From IMG/VR virus record IMGVR_UViG_2706794597_000005, positions 9,601 to 73,600 of that record: a stretch of DNA of 64,000 nt. One strand, written 5' to 3'. The notes beneath the pieces were generated by a model, which did no database searches, was not told the DNA's origin, and worked only from the letters and a program-made list of their open reading frames with translations. This stretch comes from a virus (taxonomy: Duplodnaviria > Caudoviricetes). Made by a program: the position numbers and the translations under genes. This document shows positions 37,914-48,686 of this stretch, piece after piece (positions within the stretch are counted from its first letter, which is position 1; every line of letters begins with the position of its first letter).

Positions 37914-40563
37914 GAGTGGTTAGCCCTATAATTGCAGCCAATATTGTTGCTGGGCGAGGTGCCGCTGCCTGTATGCAGATACGTGAGTCCGTATCCCATT
38001 CACCAGGGAACTCAATAGCATCGTTATCGTATGCGTCCCAAATTTTCCCATCAGCAACAAACTCACCACGCTCTTCACGAGGCATGTCATCTAGATAGTT
38101 AAAATCAGGCCCATATTGGATACCCTGAGCGTGCGTATCAGCAAGGATCAACCCAACTCGCTCAACACGCTTTCGCTGAGTTAACGCAGTCCCCATTCCC
38201 GCTGAGTAAGCTAATTTAGTGCTTTTAAATTTAGCTTTATAACCAAGCCCGGCGGTAACATTGCTTTTACCAGATGTAAAAGTAATCTTCCCGTCGGTTA
38301 CTATTAGCTCACCAACATCAAACCCGTCAGCCCAAACAACAACGGAGCGGCCTTCGAGGTGGTTAAGCCCTGATATTTCAGTGATTGGATCGCCTGAGTA
38401 GGATATAAATGAGTCTGCAAGTTTAGATAACTGACCGCCTCGGCACTCGGCCTCTTGTGCCCACTTTTCCAAGCAGCGAACGCCGTTGCGATTAACAACG
38501 TAATAGACCTGATCCTCTATCTTGCCAGGCAATGTAACGACTTCCTCAACGAGTCCATCAGTCTCAAATAGCACCCAACACTTAACATTTTCGTTTCTGT
38601 CAAAAACTTGAACTGCTACAGCGCCATCAGAACGAACGCAATGAATACGCGTGTCAGGCTGCCTCTGGGCATCGATCGCGATGATAGATGGCAGTCCCAT
38701 CTCAGGGCATAAACTCATCATGTCTGCGCTAGCATAGTCATAAATACTTGAGTCGTAATTCAACTCAAACACTCTGGCACCGCTGCGCTGGACAAAGATT
38801 GCACCGCTATCGATTTTTAAAGCTGCAACAGAGTCACTTCCCTGAGTTGATGGATATTTAATGCCGAAGTTAGTAGGTGTCAGTGGCTCATCGAATGATG
38901 ATGACCTAAGTGATGCTTCTGCGCCCTCAGTACCAACAATTAAGCGTAGCAGCGGTACAAGCCAGTTAATTGTGTCAACTGGTCCAGATCCAATAGTCCC
39001 AGATATAGGGCCGGAGTCCCCCTCTGTTTCATCATCAAATGACGAGAATGCATCCGATACACTGCCCCAAAATTTATCCCCGCCTGCCCACCATAGTCGC
39101 CCCTCGTACAGAGCAACCGCGCTAGGCCAGCCTTTTTTGTCTGACCAGTCACCCTCGAACCAAATATCTGTAGAACCTGTCCCGCCGAGTTGACTGAGCA
39201 CAACGGCGCTAACACTTGTTCCAGAGTTAAACTCGATAACCTTAACTATCCCCGTCCGACTACCTCCTGCGAACTGGAGAGAAACACTGATATTCCCGCT
39301 AGTCCAGTTGCCTGTTTTGAATCCAAGGCGATAATAAATAATCTGATTATTAAGGTTGTCGTTATAAGTTGTCGCGCCATTAGTCATGCTGTACGTGGTT
39401 ACATCAACCCATGCACCCGGTTCGCTGACAGATCTTTGAAGTGTTAACGTTCCATTCCAGGGCCCAGACCCTGACTGAGTTAAAATAATAGTGACATTCC
39501 GTGATGCCTCGATACCTGTCACTTTGATGTAATCAGTGAATTGGCCCTCGCCACCAAGTAACGCATTTACTGTTTGCCCGCTTGATTCAAGCCGGAATAG
39601 AGACCCAACATGAGTGGTTCGGAATATTGGTGCTGATGCTGTTAGATTAATCACCCCAGATATCCCACTGGGAGTCAACCTAACGCCCGACACGTTTTCT
39701 ATACCAAACGGGCCATCGGTTGATTCATATGTCACCACTGACCACGAACCGTTGGCCCGGCGCTCAATTCTTCGTTGTTGCTTACCCCGGCAAGCTGCAA
39801 AAATGACATCGCCGCTCTGATCGTAACGGATCATGCCCAAATCAGACTCAGACCATGGCGTAGGCAGCTCAAGAACACCTGCTGCCTCAATAGCGATAGA
39901 GCGAGCGATGACCGGGTAGTCTGTTCTATTCGATATCTGAATATAGAAATTTCCTGTTGGGGTAAAAGTGAGTGAGTTAACCCCTGTGCCAAGGCTTGTT
40001 TCAGTTACATAGTTATCGCTGCCGGAAGATGAACCGACTCTTATCGTTACTGGACCTCTTGCAATATTCACCCTTATAGCGTGCTGTTTGTTTGCATCTG
40101 AACCAGAGACGGTAACTGATTGGCGAATGATGGCAGAGTTAAATCCAGTACCTTGTAATTGCGCGCCAGCGGTTGTCCATTGTGATACAGCGCCGGTCTC
40201 ATCAACGTCAGTCCATCCTGATAGATCAGATGTGAACCCAGAGTTGACTACCGTGGTGGATACAGCAGGCCTTGTCACTAGTGCGTCATTTACCCAAATA
40301 CGCATCACAGAATCAGTAAGCTCAAGCAGCGCACTATCATTAGTGGCAAAGATAAACTTTAGATATTTAGCTTTCTTGTTGCCTTTGGTTTGCCCAATGT
40401 AGCCAGTTCCAGGGCGCAACATCATTGAACCAAGTATTCGCGGCATCCAATTTGTTTGAACTTCAGCAGATAGAGCAATGCGATCAATATCGGTACGCGC
40501 TAAAGCTAGCTTGGATACAATGCCCCGGTTGAAAGCCAGAAGCGGTATGTTATTGCTCGGCAT
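37903..40563 (-). CDS. Tail tubular protein B (nozzle)
   Basis: 886 aa; AFNRG.VS, RPGT.YI, GWPSAV..YEGRLW. Confidence 0.85.
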   Translation of the reverse strand: MPSNNIPLLAFNRGIVSKLALARTDIDRIALSAEVQTNWMPRILGSMMLRPGTGYIGQTKGNKKAKYLKFIFATNDSALLELTDSVMRIWVNDALVTRPAVSTTVVNSGFTSDLSGWTDVDETGAVSQWTTAGAQLQGTGFNSAIIRQSVTVSGSDANKQHAIRVNIARGPVTIRVGSSSGSDNYVTETSLGTGVNSLTFTPTGNFYIQISNRTDYPVIARSIAIEAAGVLELPTPWSESDLGMIRYDQSGDVIFAACRGKQQRRIERRANGSWSVVTYESTDGPFGIENVSGVRLTPSGISGVINLTASAPIFRTTHVGSLFRLESSGQTVNALLGGEGQFTDYIKVTGIEASRNVTIILTQSGSGPWNGTLTLQRSVSEPGAWVDVTTYSMTNGATTYNDNLNNQIIYYRLGFKTGNWTSGNISVSLQFAGGSRTGIVKVIEFNSGTSVSAVVLSQLGGTGSTDIWFEGDWSDKKGWPSAVALYEGRLWWAGGDKFWGSVSDAFSSFDDETEGDSGPISGTIGSGPVDTINWLVPLLRLIVGTEGAEASLRSSSFDEPLTPTNFGIKYPSTQGSDSVAALKIDSGAIFVQRSGARVFELNYDSSIYDYASADMMSLCPEMGLPSIIAIDAQRQPDTRIHCVRSDGAVAVQVFDRNENVKCWVLFETDGLVEEVVTLPGKIEDQVYYVVNRNGVRCLEKWAQEAECRGGQLSKLADSFISYSGDPITEISGLNHLEGRSVVVWADGFDVGELIVTDGKITFTSGKSNVTAGLGYKAKFKSTKLAYSAGMGTALTQRKRVERVGLILADTHAQGIQYGPDFNYLDDMPREERGEFVADGKIWDAYDNDAIEFPGEWDTDSRICIQAAAPRPATILAAIIGLTTHDK

Positions 40564-40574
40564 TTATGCTGCCC

Positions 40575-41189
40575 TCATCCACGTGAATATCTTGCCGATC
40601 CCCCTTGGCGTGATCGAACCCAGCGGCCAGTCGGGAATATTTTAGTTGGTTCTTGAATCGCATCTTTTGTGAGTGCGTCAGTCTTCGCCATTTTGTACTC
40701 GCGCGCCAACCACTCCCTGTCTGAGCCATTTTTAAGGCGCGGTGCTATTTGCGTAGCAAGATAGGCAGCCACGAAGCTGCTAAATGTTTCTGGCCAGAGA
40801 GAAGAATCAAGGCCGAATGACTGGTCGTTTGATACATAGCGAATAAAAATCTCATCTAAGTCGCAGAACCAAAACCCAGCTTCATCTGTGTATTGAATAA
40901 TTGGGCTATTGAAAAACGGGTCTGATGCAAAGGCCACTGTCCGAACGTAATCATCTGGCTTATTGAATGCCCGACGATAACCGAACGGTGGCTCTACTGA
41001 AGGTGAGTAATTGACGCGCACAGAACGGATAGCAAAGTTCCATTGCCCTTGCTCAAGACAATATTTCAATGCTCCGTCCCAGACTGCATCAAGCAATCTA
41101 CGCGGCTCCCTGTTTTCAGTTAGAGATACAAGTTGCCGCTCTCCTACCAGCCGCAACGCATCGTTATAAACATTGAGCTGGTTCGACAT
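40575..41189 (-). CDS. Tail tubular protein A (adaptor)
   Basis: N.ALRLVGE, WNFA, P.DY.R motifs. Confidence 0.85.
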   Translation of the reverse strand: MSNQLNVYNDALRLVGERQLVSLTENREPRRLLDAVWDGALKYCLEQGQWNFAIRSVRVNYSPSVEPPFGYRRAFNKPDDYVRTVAFASDPFFNSPIIQYTDEAGFWFCDLDEIFIRYVSNDQSFGLDSSLWPETFSSFVAAYLATQIAPRLKNGSDREWLAREYKMAKTDALTKDAIQEPTKIFPTGRWVRSRQGGSARYSRG

Positions 41190-41190
41190 A

Positions 41191-41613
41191 TCACTCTCCT
41201 GATTCGTTCAACTTGTCAGCTTTAGCCTGGGCATCCTCTTTTGTCTCAATGCCGAGTTCAACAATCTCTTTGTCAGAAGTGCGGATGATTCTCCACTTGT
41301 GTTTTCCTGCAAACTCACATGTATATGCTTGCTCTTTTTCAATTGACTTATCAGTTCGTTTGCTAAGTTCCACATATGTAAAGAAATGGATGTGTGCAGA
41401 TACTTTAGTGACCTTGATAACAATACCTTCAGCAAAGAAAGAGCCATCTTCTGCAACAATCTCTACTCGGTCGAATTTGCGTAGCGTATTAGATACATGA
41501 GCCCATGAATCAGGATCTTTGAAGTCTTCGAAAGTTTGTCCGTGCTTGGCGGTAACGCTAAAAACTGTTCGCACATACTCAGATGGCTTGATAAGCGTGG
41601 GTAAAATTTTCAT
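41191..41613 (-). CDS. Hypothetical virion-module protein
   Basis: ORF within the structural operon. Confidence 0.6.
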   Translation of the reverse strand: MKILPTLIKPSEYVRTVFSVTAKHGQTFEDFKDPDSWAHVSNTLRKFDRVEIVAEDGSFFAEGIVIKVTKVSAHIHFFTYVELSKRTDKSIEKEQAYTCEFAGKHKWRIIRTSDKEIVELGIETKEDAQAKADKLNESGE

Positions 41614-41655
41614 ATAAGCCTTTTGAAGGGGCATTTCTGCCCCTGGTGAAATTAG

Positions 41656-41913
41656 TTAAGCTAAGGCGGTAACGGTCACTGCGCCGGTTGAAGCATTGAT
41701 CGCGGTTACTGATGCAACAGTTAGTACACCTGTGGTATCAACTACTGCATTGACAACATCGCCAAGCTTCATGCCTAGCTTTTTGCCATTAGTGAAGTAA
41801 CCCGCCCCAATAACTGCGGCTCGCGCATCTGCTGAGATGTAAGACCAGATAGCTCCGCCGCCCATGATACGGTCTTGCAGCAACGCGGGTGGGTTAGTGG
41901 TTGAATAAGCCAT
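41656..41913 (-). CDS. Probable capsid decoration/cement protein
   Basis: 85 aa; AGYFTNG..GMKLGDV; directly after the capsid gene. Confidence 0.6.
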   Translation of the reverse strand: MAYSTTNPPALLQDRIMGGGAIWSYISADARAAVIGAGYFTNGKKLGMKLGDVVNAVVDTTGVLTVASVTAINASTGAVTVTALA

Positions 41914-41925
41914 GTTTATCTCCTG

Positions 41926-42759
41926 TTATGCGAATGCAGAACCATCATGGATGATTTTTACAACGCCTTTGTTTTGCAAAAGTTTGCCGCCCATGTATGC
42001 CGTGGCGCGTGCCCATGAATAATCCTGCTCTTCGTCGTAACCGACTGGGGTTTGCAGGCCTTTAATATCCATGCCGTGGCCAATTGCATTGCGGTGATAC
42101 AGGAAGCAGGTCTCGGCGTTTGTGCCTTTACCTGGCAGGTTGGGATGGACGATCCAGTTAACACCAGCCCAAGTGAATGACTTCAATGAGCTATCAGAAA
42201 CAGTGAACGGTTTGTTATTCACGTAATCAACAGAGCCAAACTCTTTGGTCTGCATCAGGTACGCTTCAGCAGCTGGGGTGATCAATGCAAATAACTGGTT
42301 GTCGGCCGGAACCTCGTTATTACCAAGAATAACTTTGGCTTTCATAGCTAAAGCCAGTGACATTACGGCAGTTGCACCGGTTGTTTGCGTTGCTGCCGTC
42401 AATTCACCAATAATGTCTTGGTCAATTTTTCGGTTAAGCACTGCCATGGTGGTGCCTTGCATAATTGCTCGCTGGTCACCTTGGCTTGCAAAGACGTTGT
42501 AGTTCGTCTTGCGAACCAAGTCATGCCATTCAACCAAGGTTGCAATCGGTTGATTCAGGTTATCGCCACGAGCGGGGATCATGCCATTGACGCCACGAGT
42601 GACTGCTTCTGCGCCACCGGAATCAGCAACTAAGAACACAATCTGATTGCCCTTAACAACACCTTCAGTTGTTACAGTCTGCCGAACCAGTGATTGGCTC
42701 TGTTCAAAACCAGCAATAAACTCATTGCGGTACATTGTTTGGAAAGCGGTATTCGCCAT
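41926..42759 (-). CDS. Major capsid protein
   Basis: 277 aa after the scaffold; FEQSQSLVR, NRKIDQDII, GVVKI; strong RBS. Confidence 0.85.
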   Translation of the reverse strand: MANTAFQTMYRNEFIAGFEQSQSLVRQTVTTEGVVKGNQIVFLVADSGGAEAVTRGVNGMIPARGDNLNQPIATLVEWHDLVRKTNYNVFASQGDQRAIMQGTTMAVLNRKIDQDIIGELTAATQTTGATAVMSLALAMKAKVILGNNEVPADNQLFALITPAAEAYLMQTKEFGSVDYVNNKPFTVSDSSLKSFTWAGVNWIVHPNLPGKGTNAETCFLYHRNAIGHGMDIKGLQTPVGYDEEQDYSWARATAYMGGKLLQNKGVVKIIHDGSAFA

Positions 42760-42896
42760 TTTAATTTCCTCATCGGGTTATATGTCGCTCCGACGGGGTG
42801 TCCTTTCTTCAGGCAATAGTGGGGTGTCCCAAGTGAATGGGGGCCGATTGACTGGGGAATGGGGCCGTTTTACGCGTTGGTGTAAAAGATTGGTTA

Positions 42897-43865
42897 TTAG
42901 GAGTTGAAACGCTCTTTTGCTTCCAGGAGTTGCATATAGCGCTCCTGCATTTTTGTGTCTTTGTTATAAGCAGAACGGTTATCTTTCATAACCTTTTCAA
43001 TCTGCTCAAGTTCTGAATCTACTGCACTGATGTTTGTTGCGCCGGTGACTACAGTCCCAACCGGGTTAACCTTGCGAGCCATGTCAACCATCCAGCGCAT
43101 AATGTCTGGGTTGTTGAATAACGCGGTACCATCAATCGCTCTAGCCCCAGCAAATACATCACGAGCAGCTTCCGGCAACGTAGCAATGACGCCATTCACC
43201 AGATTGATATTTCTCTTGAACTCTGGCCCCCACTCCGCGCGCAGGGCTTCCTCTGTCTGTTCTTGCAGGTCAGCGTTGCGGTCGTAAACCTCTTGCCGCT
43301 CTGTTTCAATCTTGTTCTGGTTCCACTCGATAGCCGCCTGAACAACATCTTTAGAAACATTCTTGCCGTGCATGGTTTCGATAAAAGAGTTAACTCGCTC
43401 CTTATCTTCATCACCAATAATGACCCCAGATGGCATACCGCTCAGGTAATCAGCGGCCTTTTCTGGGACGTCATTCTCCTTGCGCCACGCTGCCAGATCT
43501 TCTGGAGTTGGGTTTTCTGGCAACTTCGCCGCTTTCAGTAATTCACCGGAGCTGACTTTGCTCTGTAGCTCTTTGTGAGCCTTAGCTAACGCTTGAGGTG
43601 ATGCATAGCGCTCCAACTGTTTGCGGTATTTCTGGTCATCACCCGCTAACTTATCGCGCCAGTCTTCAGGGAATTCCGCTACTACTGCCGGAGCAGCTTT
43701 ATCTGGGGCGTTTAACGTACTTGGCTGGGGTGCAGCTTCGCCGGTTGGGGTTGATGGCGTAGCATCAGCCACTTCAGTTACTGGGCCACCACCACCCTCC
43801 CCCCCCTCGGTGTTTAATTCATTACAGTAGCCGCGAAATGGGGATAGATTCATAAAGAGATTCAT
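42897..43865 (-). CDS. Capsid scaffolding protein
   Basis: Acidic/Pro-rich N-terminus, LRAEWG motif; between portal and capsid. Confidence 0.8.
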   Translation of the reverse strand: MNLFMNLSPFRGYCNELNTEGGEGGGGPVTEVADATPSTPTGEAAPQPSTLNAPDKAAPAVVAEFPEDWRDKLAGDDQKYRKQLERYASPQALAKAHKELQSKVSSGELLKAAKLPENPTPEDLAAWRKENDVPEKAADYLSGMPSGVIIGDEDKERVNSFIETMHGKNVSKDVVQAAIEWNQNKIETERQEVYDRNADLQEQTEEALRAEWGPEFKRNINLVNGVIATLPEAARDVFAGARAIDGTALFNNPDIMRWMVDMARKVNPVGTVVTGATNISAVDSELEQIEKVMKDNRSAYNKDTKMQERYMQLLEAKERFNS

Positions 43866-43899
43866 GTGTAAGCCTCAATAAAAAACCCGCCGGAGCGGG

Positions 43900-44187
43900 T
43901 TATTTTTTGTTTTTTCTCTGCTTTGATTGTTCAATCACGGCAGCCGGTAAGTTAATTATCTTCACTATGGACGCGCCAATATGCCGCTTACCCTCCGCGA
44001 ATGCCGTGTCTCTATCACTGTTAGGCCGATAACTCAGATCGTAATAACCGGTCAATGTCATCAATTCCTTAGTGATTAGTTTCTGCTGGGCATCCGTTGC
44101 GGTTCCTTCGTGAAGTGCTTTAAGCGCATAAACGAATGGGAGATTGTCAGCCCACGGATAGGGCTCATATGGCGGTGGTATCGTCAT
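43900..44187 (-). CDS. Bbp19-like small phage protein
   Basis: DTAFAEGKR..G motif; directly after the portal. Confidence 0.7.
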   Translation of the reverse strand: MTIPPPYEPYPWADNLPFVYALKALHEGTATDAQQKLITKELMTLTGYYDLSYRPNSDRDTAFAEGKRHIGASIVKIINLPAAVIEQSKQRKNKK

Positions 44188-45794
44188 CCAATAGCCTCCG
44201 CAGCCTGAGCTGCTGCTGCAACGTTTTGCATCACGCTAGCACCTTGCTGCACATCATCAACGGCCGCCTGAGCTTGTTCTTGCTGCGCTTGTTGCTGAAT
44301 TAACTGGTTAGCGTCATCTTCGCTGCGCATCCATTTAGCTGGCACACCGAATCCATCCATTGCATCACGGAACGCAACACGGATATCCACATCAGCAATA
44401 ACGGTTGGGTCAATCTGCGCGGCAACGCCAAGCATCTGGGCTGCATTCTGGAGTAACCCTTGCTTCTCTTTGCCGATAGCGTCTTGTAATGGACTCTGGA
44501 AAGTGAACTTAACCTCTTGCCCGCGAAGTGATTCCGGTATATCCATCGGAGAGCCGAACGCACCGCCGCGCATGAGAATGTCGAATGACATCTCGCACAG
44601 GTCGCCACTGTATTCATATTCGATTGGCGCAAAGATTGGCAGGGCTTGACGGATATACTCTTGAACGCGCTGACTGACTTCATATGCTGTCATCTCGCGA
44701 ACTGATGGCAACGTTAGCTTATCAAGATAGAACGCTTGAGAAATCATCTCGCGCACATCATCGCGTATGTTTATGCCTGCTGGCAGTGATGTGTTCTTGC
44801 CAAACTCCGCAATCACTTTGCGAATATCAGTATCCATCTCAATATCGGCCCAAGTGATTCCGCCAGCCATCAAGTTGAAGTCATCGCGGAATACTTCACG
44901 GCTGGCTACCATCGGTGGGTCAACCGCTTTCTCGCCAGCTTCAAGCAATACGCGGCTGATTGACTGAATTAGTCGTGCATCAGGCAATGCAACTATGGTC
45001 GCAGGGGAGTAGGCATATTGAGAGCCAGCAACAGTCTGCCATCGCGGTATAACATACATCCGGTGAAATATTGGCACCTCTTCCATGACATGCTGATTCT
45101 CTACGTCAATGTAAACTGAGATATAGGGAGCTGCGTTTTTGTCGCCGTACTCTTCAGATGGCACGACAATGTGACGGCATTCGAATTCCCGGTAAGGCTC
45201 TTTATCAAATGAGACATTTACTTTCGCGTGAACCTTATCCCCAAATGTGGCTTTGAGGTCTCTGGCTGTTGGCTTCCACTTGCGATGTACTGTATCGATA
45301 ATGCCTTCTGAGTTTTCAGCCCAAGCCAAATCACGCAGGTGCCAACAGCGGTAAAGCAATCCGTCTGCATTCTTGTTTAGCTCAACACTGATAGCGCACT
45401 GGCCGAATGCTGCATAGTCATGATCGGCTTCCTTAGTCGCTCGCACAAACTGAGTGCGGCGGTCATACATCGCCTTGAACTGTACATCTCTGGCCCATTC
45501 AAGCCACACTTTAGCCGAGTGATCGTTTGAGTCATCATCGCCAGTGTTCAAATTGAACCACTTATCACGACGAAGCATTGATGCAAATGAGTTACCCAAA
45601 TCACGGCGAGCCATAACCGGGTAAGATGTCATGAGGTGATCTGCAAATTCAGTACCAAGCGAACGGCAAACAGTGAAGTCGGCGCGCTCCGGGTAGAACT
45701 GTTCTGCTATTTCTTGCCACAAATTGAGGATTGGTGACTTTTTGCCGAACAGGTGATCACCCTGTTTAATTAATTGCTGAGCGCGAGCTTCCAT
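44184..45794 (-). CDS. Portal (head-tail connector), podovirus type
   Basis: 536 aa; PRW....YAYSP..ALPD, MTAYEV.QR. Confidence 0.92.
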   Translation of the reverse strand: MEARAQQLIKQGDHLFGKKSPILNLWQEIAEQFYPERADFTVCRSLGTEFADHLMTSYPVMARRDLGNSFASMLRRDKWFNLNTGDDDSNDHSAKVWLEWARDVQFKAMYDRRTQFVRATKEADHDYAAFGQCAISVELNKNADGLLYRCWHLRDLAWAENSEGIIDTVHRKWKPTARDLKATFGDKVHAKVNVSFDKEPYREFECRHIVVPSEEYGDKNAAPYISVYIDVENQHVMEEVPIFHRMYVIPRWQTVAGSQYAYSPATIVALPDARLIQSISRVLLEAGEKAVDPPMVASREVFRDDFNLMAGGITWADIEMDTDIRKVIAEFGKNTSLPAGINIRDDVREMISQAFYLDKLTLPSVREMTAYEVSQRVQEYIRQALPIFAPIEYEYSGDLCEMSFDILMRGGAFGSPMDIPESLRGQEVKFTFQSPLQDAIGKEKQGLLQNAAQMLGVAAQIDPTVIADVDIRVAFRDAMDGFGVPAKWMRSEDDANQLIQQQAQQEQAQAAVDDVQQGASVMQNVAAAAQAAEAIG

Positions 45795-46037
45795 TTATCC
45801 ACCTAACTTGTCACTGCCGCCGCTTAAAATTGTGCTGGTTCGCCCGCTTCTCTGTTGCTGCTCCGCTGTCTTGCGTCGCCGGGCGCGGGTGACCGCATCA
45901 GTATCTTCCGTTGGCATTGTTTCATCTGCCGCTGGCTGAATGATTGTTGTATCTGCTGATCCACCGCCAAGGATGTCGCCAACAGGCTTTAAAATTGAAC
46001 TAAGTGCGCTGGAGAAAAACTTCCCAATCCCGCCCAT
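45795..46037 (-). CDS. Small virion protein preceding the portal
   Basis: 80 aa; ends GRTSTILS..LGG. Confidence 0.7.
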   Translation of the reverse strand: MGGIGKFFSSALSSILKPVGDILGGGSADTTIIQPAADETMPTEDTDAVTRARRRKTAEQQQRSGRTSTILSGGSDKLGG

Positions 46038-47635
46038 TACCGTTTCCTCTTAGTTGATGAGTGACCTAAATTAACCTTTGGTGCCACGCCTATCCTGACC
46101 TTGTAGCCACCTCTGACGTTTTCTTGCTTTTCACCATCAGACCAAGCCATCACAACAGCGTCACCGTCATCGGGTGAGCGTCCAAGCCTATTGCATAACT
46201 TGTCTTTTGCTTCGAGATGAATAACGCCGCCGCCAGCGCCACGCTTAACTTCATAAGTTGGGGCAGTTAGGTCAGAGAGAAGTTTTGGATCGTCAGGGAG
46301 AGCAATGTCAGATCCGCCCGGCTGGTCAGGGTTTAATGCCTCCCTGAATTGCCAGTATGCCTGCGTACGAATATTAGAGAATGATAGAAGCTTGTCAGAT
46401 GTTCGCTTGTGTGATGCCTTGATGCCCATATATGACGCAGCATCAACGCCGTTCTCGCGAAGATGTCCGTAAGCATCGCCCCCCCATCCTCCGCCAATAT
46501 CAATAATTACCTTGGCATTGTTGCGACGCTTAGAAATGACAAGTCCCGCCACATCAGAGCCGCCGGGAGTTTCTTTCCCCGGTACAGATTGAGTTTTGTC
46601 GAACCATGAACCATAACGAGCTGCCAACACCGTGTTATCTTTCCCGCCTTGCGCGACGTCGACGCCGATGGCACTCATATCCACACCTATTGGTGGCTGA
46701 GGCTTCCAGCGAGCCATTGCAGCTTTAACCCATGCTGTAGGAATGCACTGGAATGCTTCGTCTTGCAGTGATGCAGCGAAATGTCCATCACGATAAGCAT
46801 CACGCAATTCTTTAGGAAGCGAGTTTAATATTCGCGAATACTCACCGTCTGCTGCTAAATCAGGGTTATCACTTAGCTTTGCAGGGATGAATGTTCGTGA
46901 CTTTGCAAATACCGGTGAGCCATCTGGTGCATTCCCATGAGGGCCTCGTCCATCAACCTCAACTTCTTCATCAACTTCACTCCGAATATACCAGCGCAAT
47001 TCCCCTGGCTTGGCTGGGTTTGGGTGTGAGGGGTCTAACCATGCGCCCCAGCGCTTGATTACCCATAGCCCAGACGCAGAGGTTGGGGGGTTACCAGTAC
47101 AAACAACTCGGCATCTTTGTCCTTTCGTCGTTGACCGGTTCCAAATGGTTATGAACTCATATTGAGATTCTAGAAAGTCGGTAATTTCATCAAAACAAAT
47201 CAGGTCGTGCGGGTCGCCTTTATAGCGTTGCTTGTCCGTTTCAAGTTCGCAGCCACCGAACTGAATAAGTTTCTTTCCTCTTCGCCAAACTAGGTCAGAT
47301 CCGTTCCAACCATCACGACTGCCGTCAAATAGATTCCCAATTAACTCAGCCTCAGCCAGTTTCTTAGCATCTTCGCGAATGCGCCGGAGTATTAACGTGC
47401 GTTCGTGTTGAGTTACAGCCAGCCCGTTAACCAGAGCTGACTTCCCGCCTCCAGCTTGACCGCCGTAGAAAAGCTCATCAGCTTCACAATAATAAGCGTC
47501 AGTCTGGGGGCCGGGATTAGGTATCCATATCTGATCTCCCGTCGCGCTAATTACCTCTTTAGCTACCTGTTCTAAAGATTCAGGCGATAGGCCGGTAAGC
47601 CGATTGAGTACATCGTCGAATGAGATTGCAGACAT
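46037..47635 (-). CDS. terL: Terminase large subunit
   Basis: YGGQAGGGKS Walker A, FDE, TGNPP, GVDVAQGG.D, RSPD.GDA nuclease motifs. Confidence 0.95.
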   Translation of the reverse strand: MSAISFDDVLNRLTGLSPESLEQVAKEVISATGDQIWIPNPGPQTDAYYCEADELFYGGQAGGGKSALVNGLAVTQHERTLILRRIREDAKKLAEAELIGNLFDGSRDGWNGSDLVWRRGKKLIQFGGCELETDKQRYKGDPHDLICFDEITDFLESQYEFITIWNRSTTKGQRCRVVCTGNPPTSASGLWVIKRWGAWLDPSHPNPAKPGELRWYIRSEVDEEVEVDGRGPHGNAPDGSPVFAKSRTFIPAKLSDNPDLAADGEYSRILNSLPKELRDAYRDGHFAASLQDEAFQCIPTAWVKAAMARWKPQPPIGVDMSAIGVDVAQGGKDNTVLAARYGSWFDKTQSVPGKETPGGSDVAGLVISKRRNNAKVIIDIGGGWGGDAYGHLRENGVDAASYMGIKASHKRTSDKLLSFSNIRTQAYWQFREALNPDQPGGSDIALPDDPKLLSDLTAPTYEVKRGAGGGVIHLEAKDKLCNRLGRSPDDGDAVVMAWSDGEKQENVRGGYKVRIGVAPKVNLGHSSTKRKR

Positions 47636-47656
47636 GGGTACCTCGGTGAGATAAAG

Positions 47657-48043
47657 CTATGCAGTAACGCCAGCGTTTTTATCTGATGCGATAGTCGCGT
47701 TCTGTTTAGCTGCTAATGTAGCGATATCATTTTTAATTGCAGTGAGTGCGGAGTTGACTGATGTCAATGAAGCGGCTGAAGTGTCTGTTGTGGCCGCAGT
47801 CGCTACCGGGACTACCGCTACAGTGTTGCCACCAGACGTACCGCCAGAGGAATCAGTCAACGGGGTAATCGCTGATTGTTGCAATACACCACCACGAACA
47901 GATGCAGTTGGTGCAGGGATGGTTAGCGTGACGCCAACCCCTGCAACAATCTCACCATCCAGAACAAGCGAGCACTTACCGTTTGAATCAGGCGCTGTAA
48001 TGCCCAATCGCTTACCGTGCAATGAAACTAAGATATCAGGCAT
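47657..48043 (-). CDS. Head-fibre/decoration-like protein between terS and terL
   Basis: A..RGGVLQ..A..L..K.NA..AGV pattern resembling phi29-type head fibre domains. Confidence 0.5.
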   Translation of the reverse strand: MPDILVSLHGKRLGITAPDSNGKCSLVLDGEIVAGVGVTLTIPAPTASVRGGVLQQSAITPLTDSSGGTSGGNTVAVVPVATAATTDTSAASLTSVNSALTAIKNDIATLAAKQNATIASDKNAGVTA

Positions 48044-48686
48044 TTTGTTGCTCCCGCGTTGATTGCGTTAAGATGAATGCAACACGGCGCGCAATGTCCG
48101 TCGTGTTGAGGTCTTTCTTGAGTGGGTCATCAGGGTCTTTCGCTACTTCATCGAGGTTGTACGCTTGACGCTCAAGACTGATTAGGTTTTTCAATGCATC
48201 GCTGAGCGCTTTAACCGACTTGACGCGATCAGGCATACTGATTATTTTCTGATAGATTTCATTCAATCTATCCTGACCTTTATCGTCAGGTTTAAACATC
48301 AGCTCACCCAGCTTTTCTAAAGCAGGAACATCAGCGCACTCGGCACTTAGTTCATCGAATAGCGTATTAGTAATTTCTCTGGCCCGACGAATGTCACCAC
48401 GATGTTCCATGCGGACGCTGGCAATTACCTCAGCGCTAGCTTCAATGAGTACGCGTTCGGTCAGTGTCGTTTCAGTGCGTACCTGTTTGCGTACCTCTTC
48501 TTTGCGTACTAAATCCTCGGCGCGTTCTTTTATCTTTGCAGAGAGGTCACGCGACCAATCATCACGCTTTGCTCGCTTCCTTACTGCACCCTCACTGATA
48601 TTGTGTTGTGAGGCTATTTCACGCAGAGACATCAAGCCGGCTCGGTACGCCGATTCGATGGCCTCCCAATCTGCTGGTTTTGCCAT
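48036..48686 (-). CDS. terS: Terminase small subunit
   Basis: DWEAIE..YRAG..SLREIA..EGAVRKRAKR..W.RD HTH; LERQAY. Confidence 0.9.
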   Translation of the reverse strand: MAKPADWEAIESAYRAGLMSLREIASQHNISEGAVRKRAKRDDWSRDLSAKIKERAEDLVRKEEVRKQVRTETTLTERVLIEASAEVIASVRMEHRGDIRRAREITNTLFDELSAECADVPALEKLGELMFKPDDKGQDRLNEIYQKIISMPDRVKSVKALSDALKNLISLERQAYNLDEVAKDPDDPLKKDLNTTDIARRVAFILTQSTREQQNA

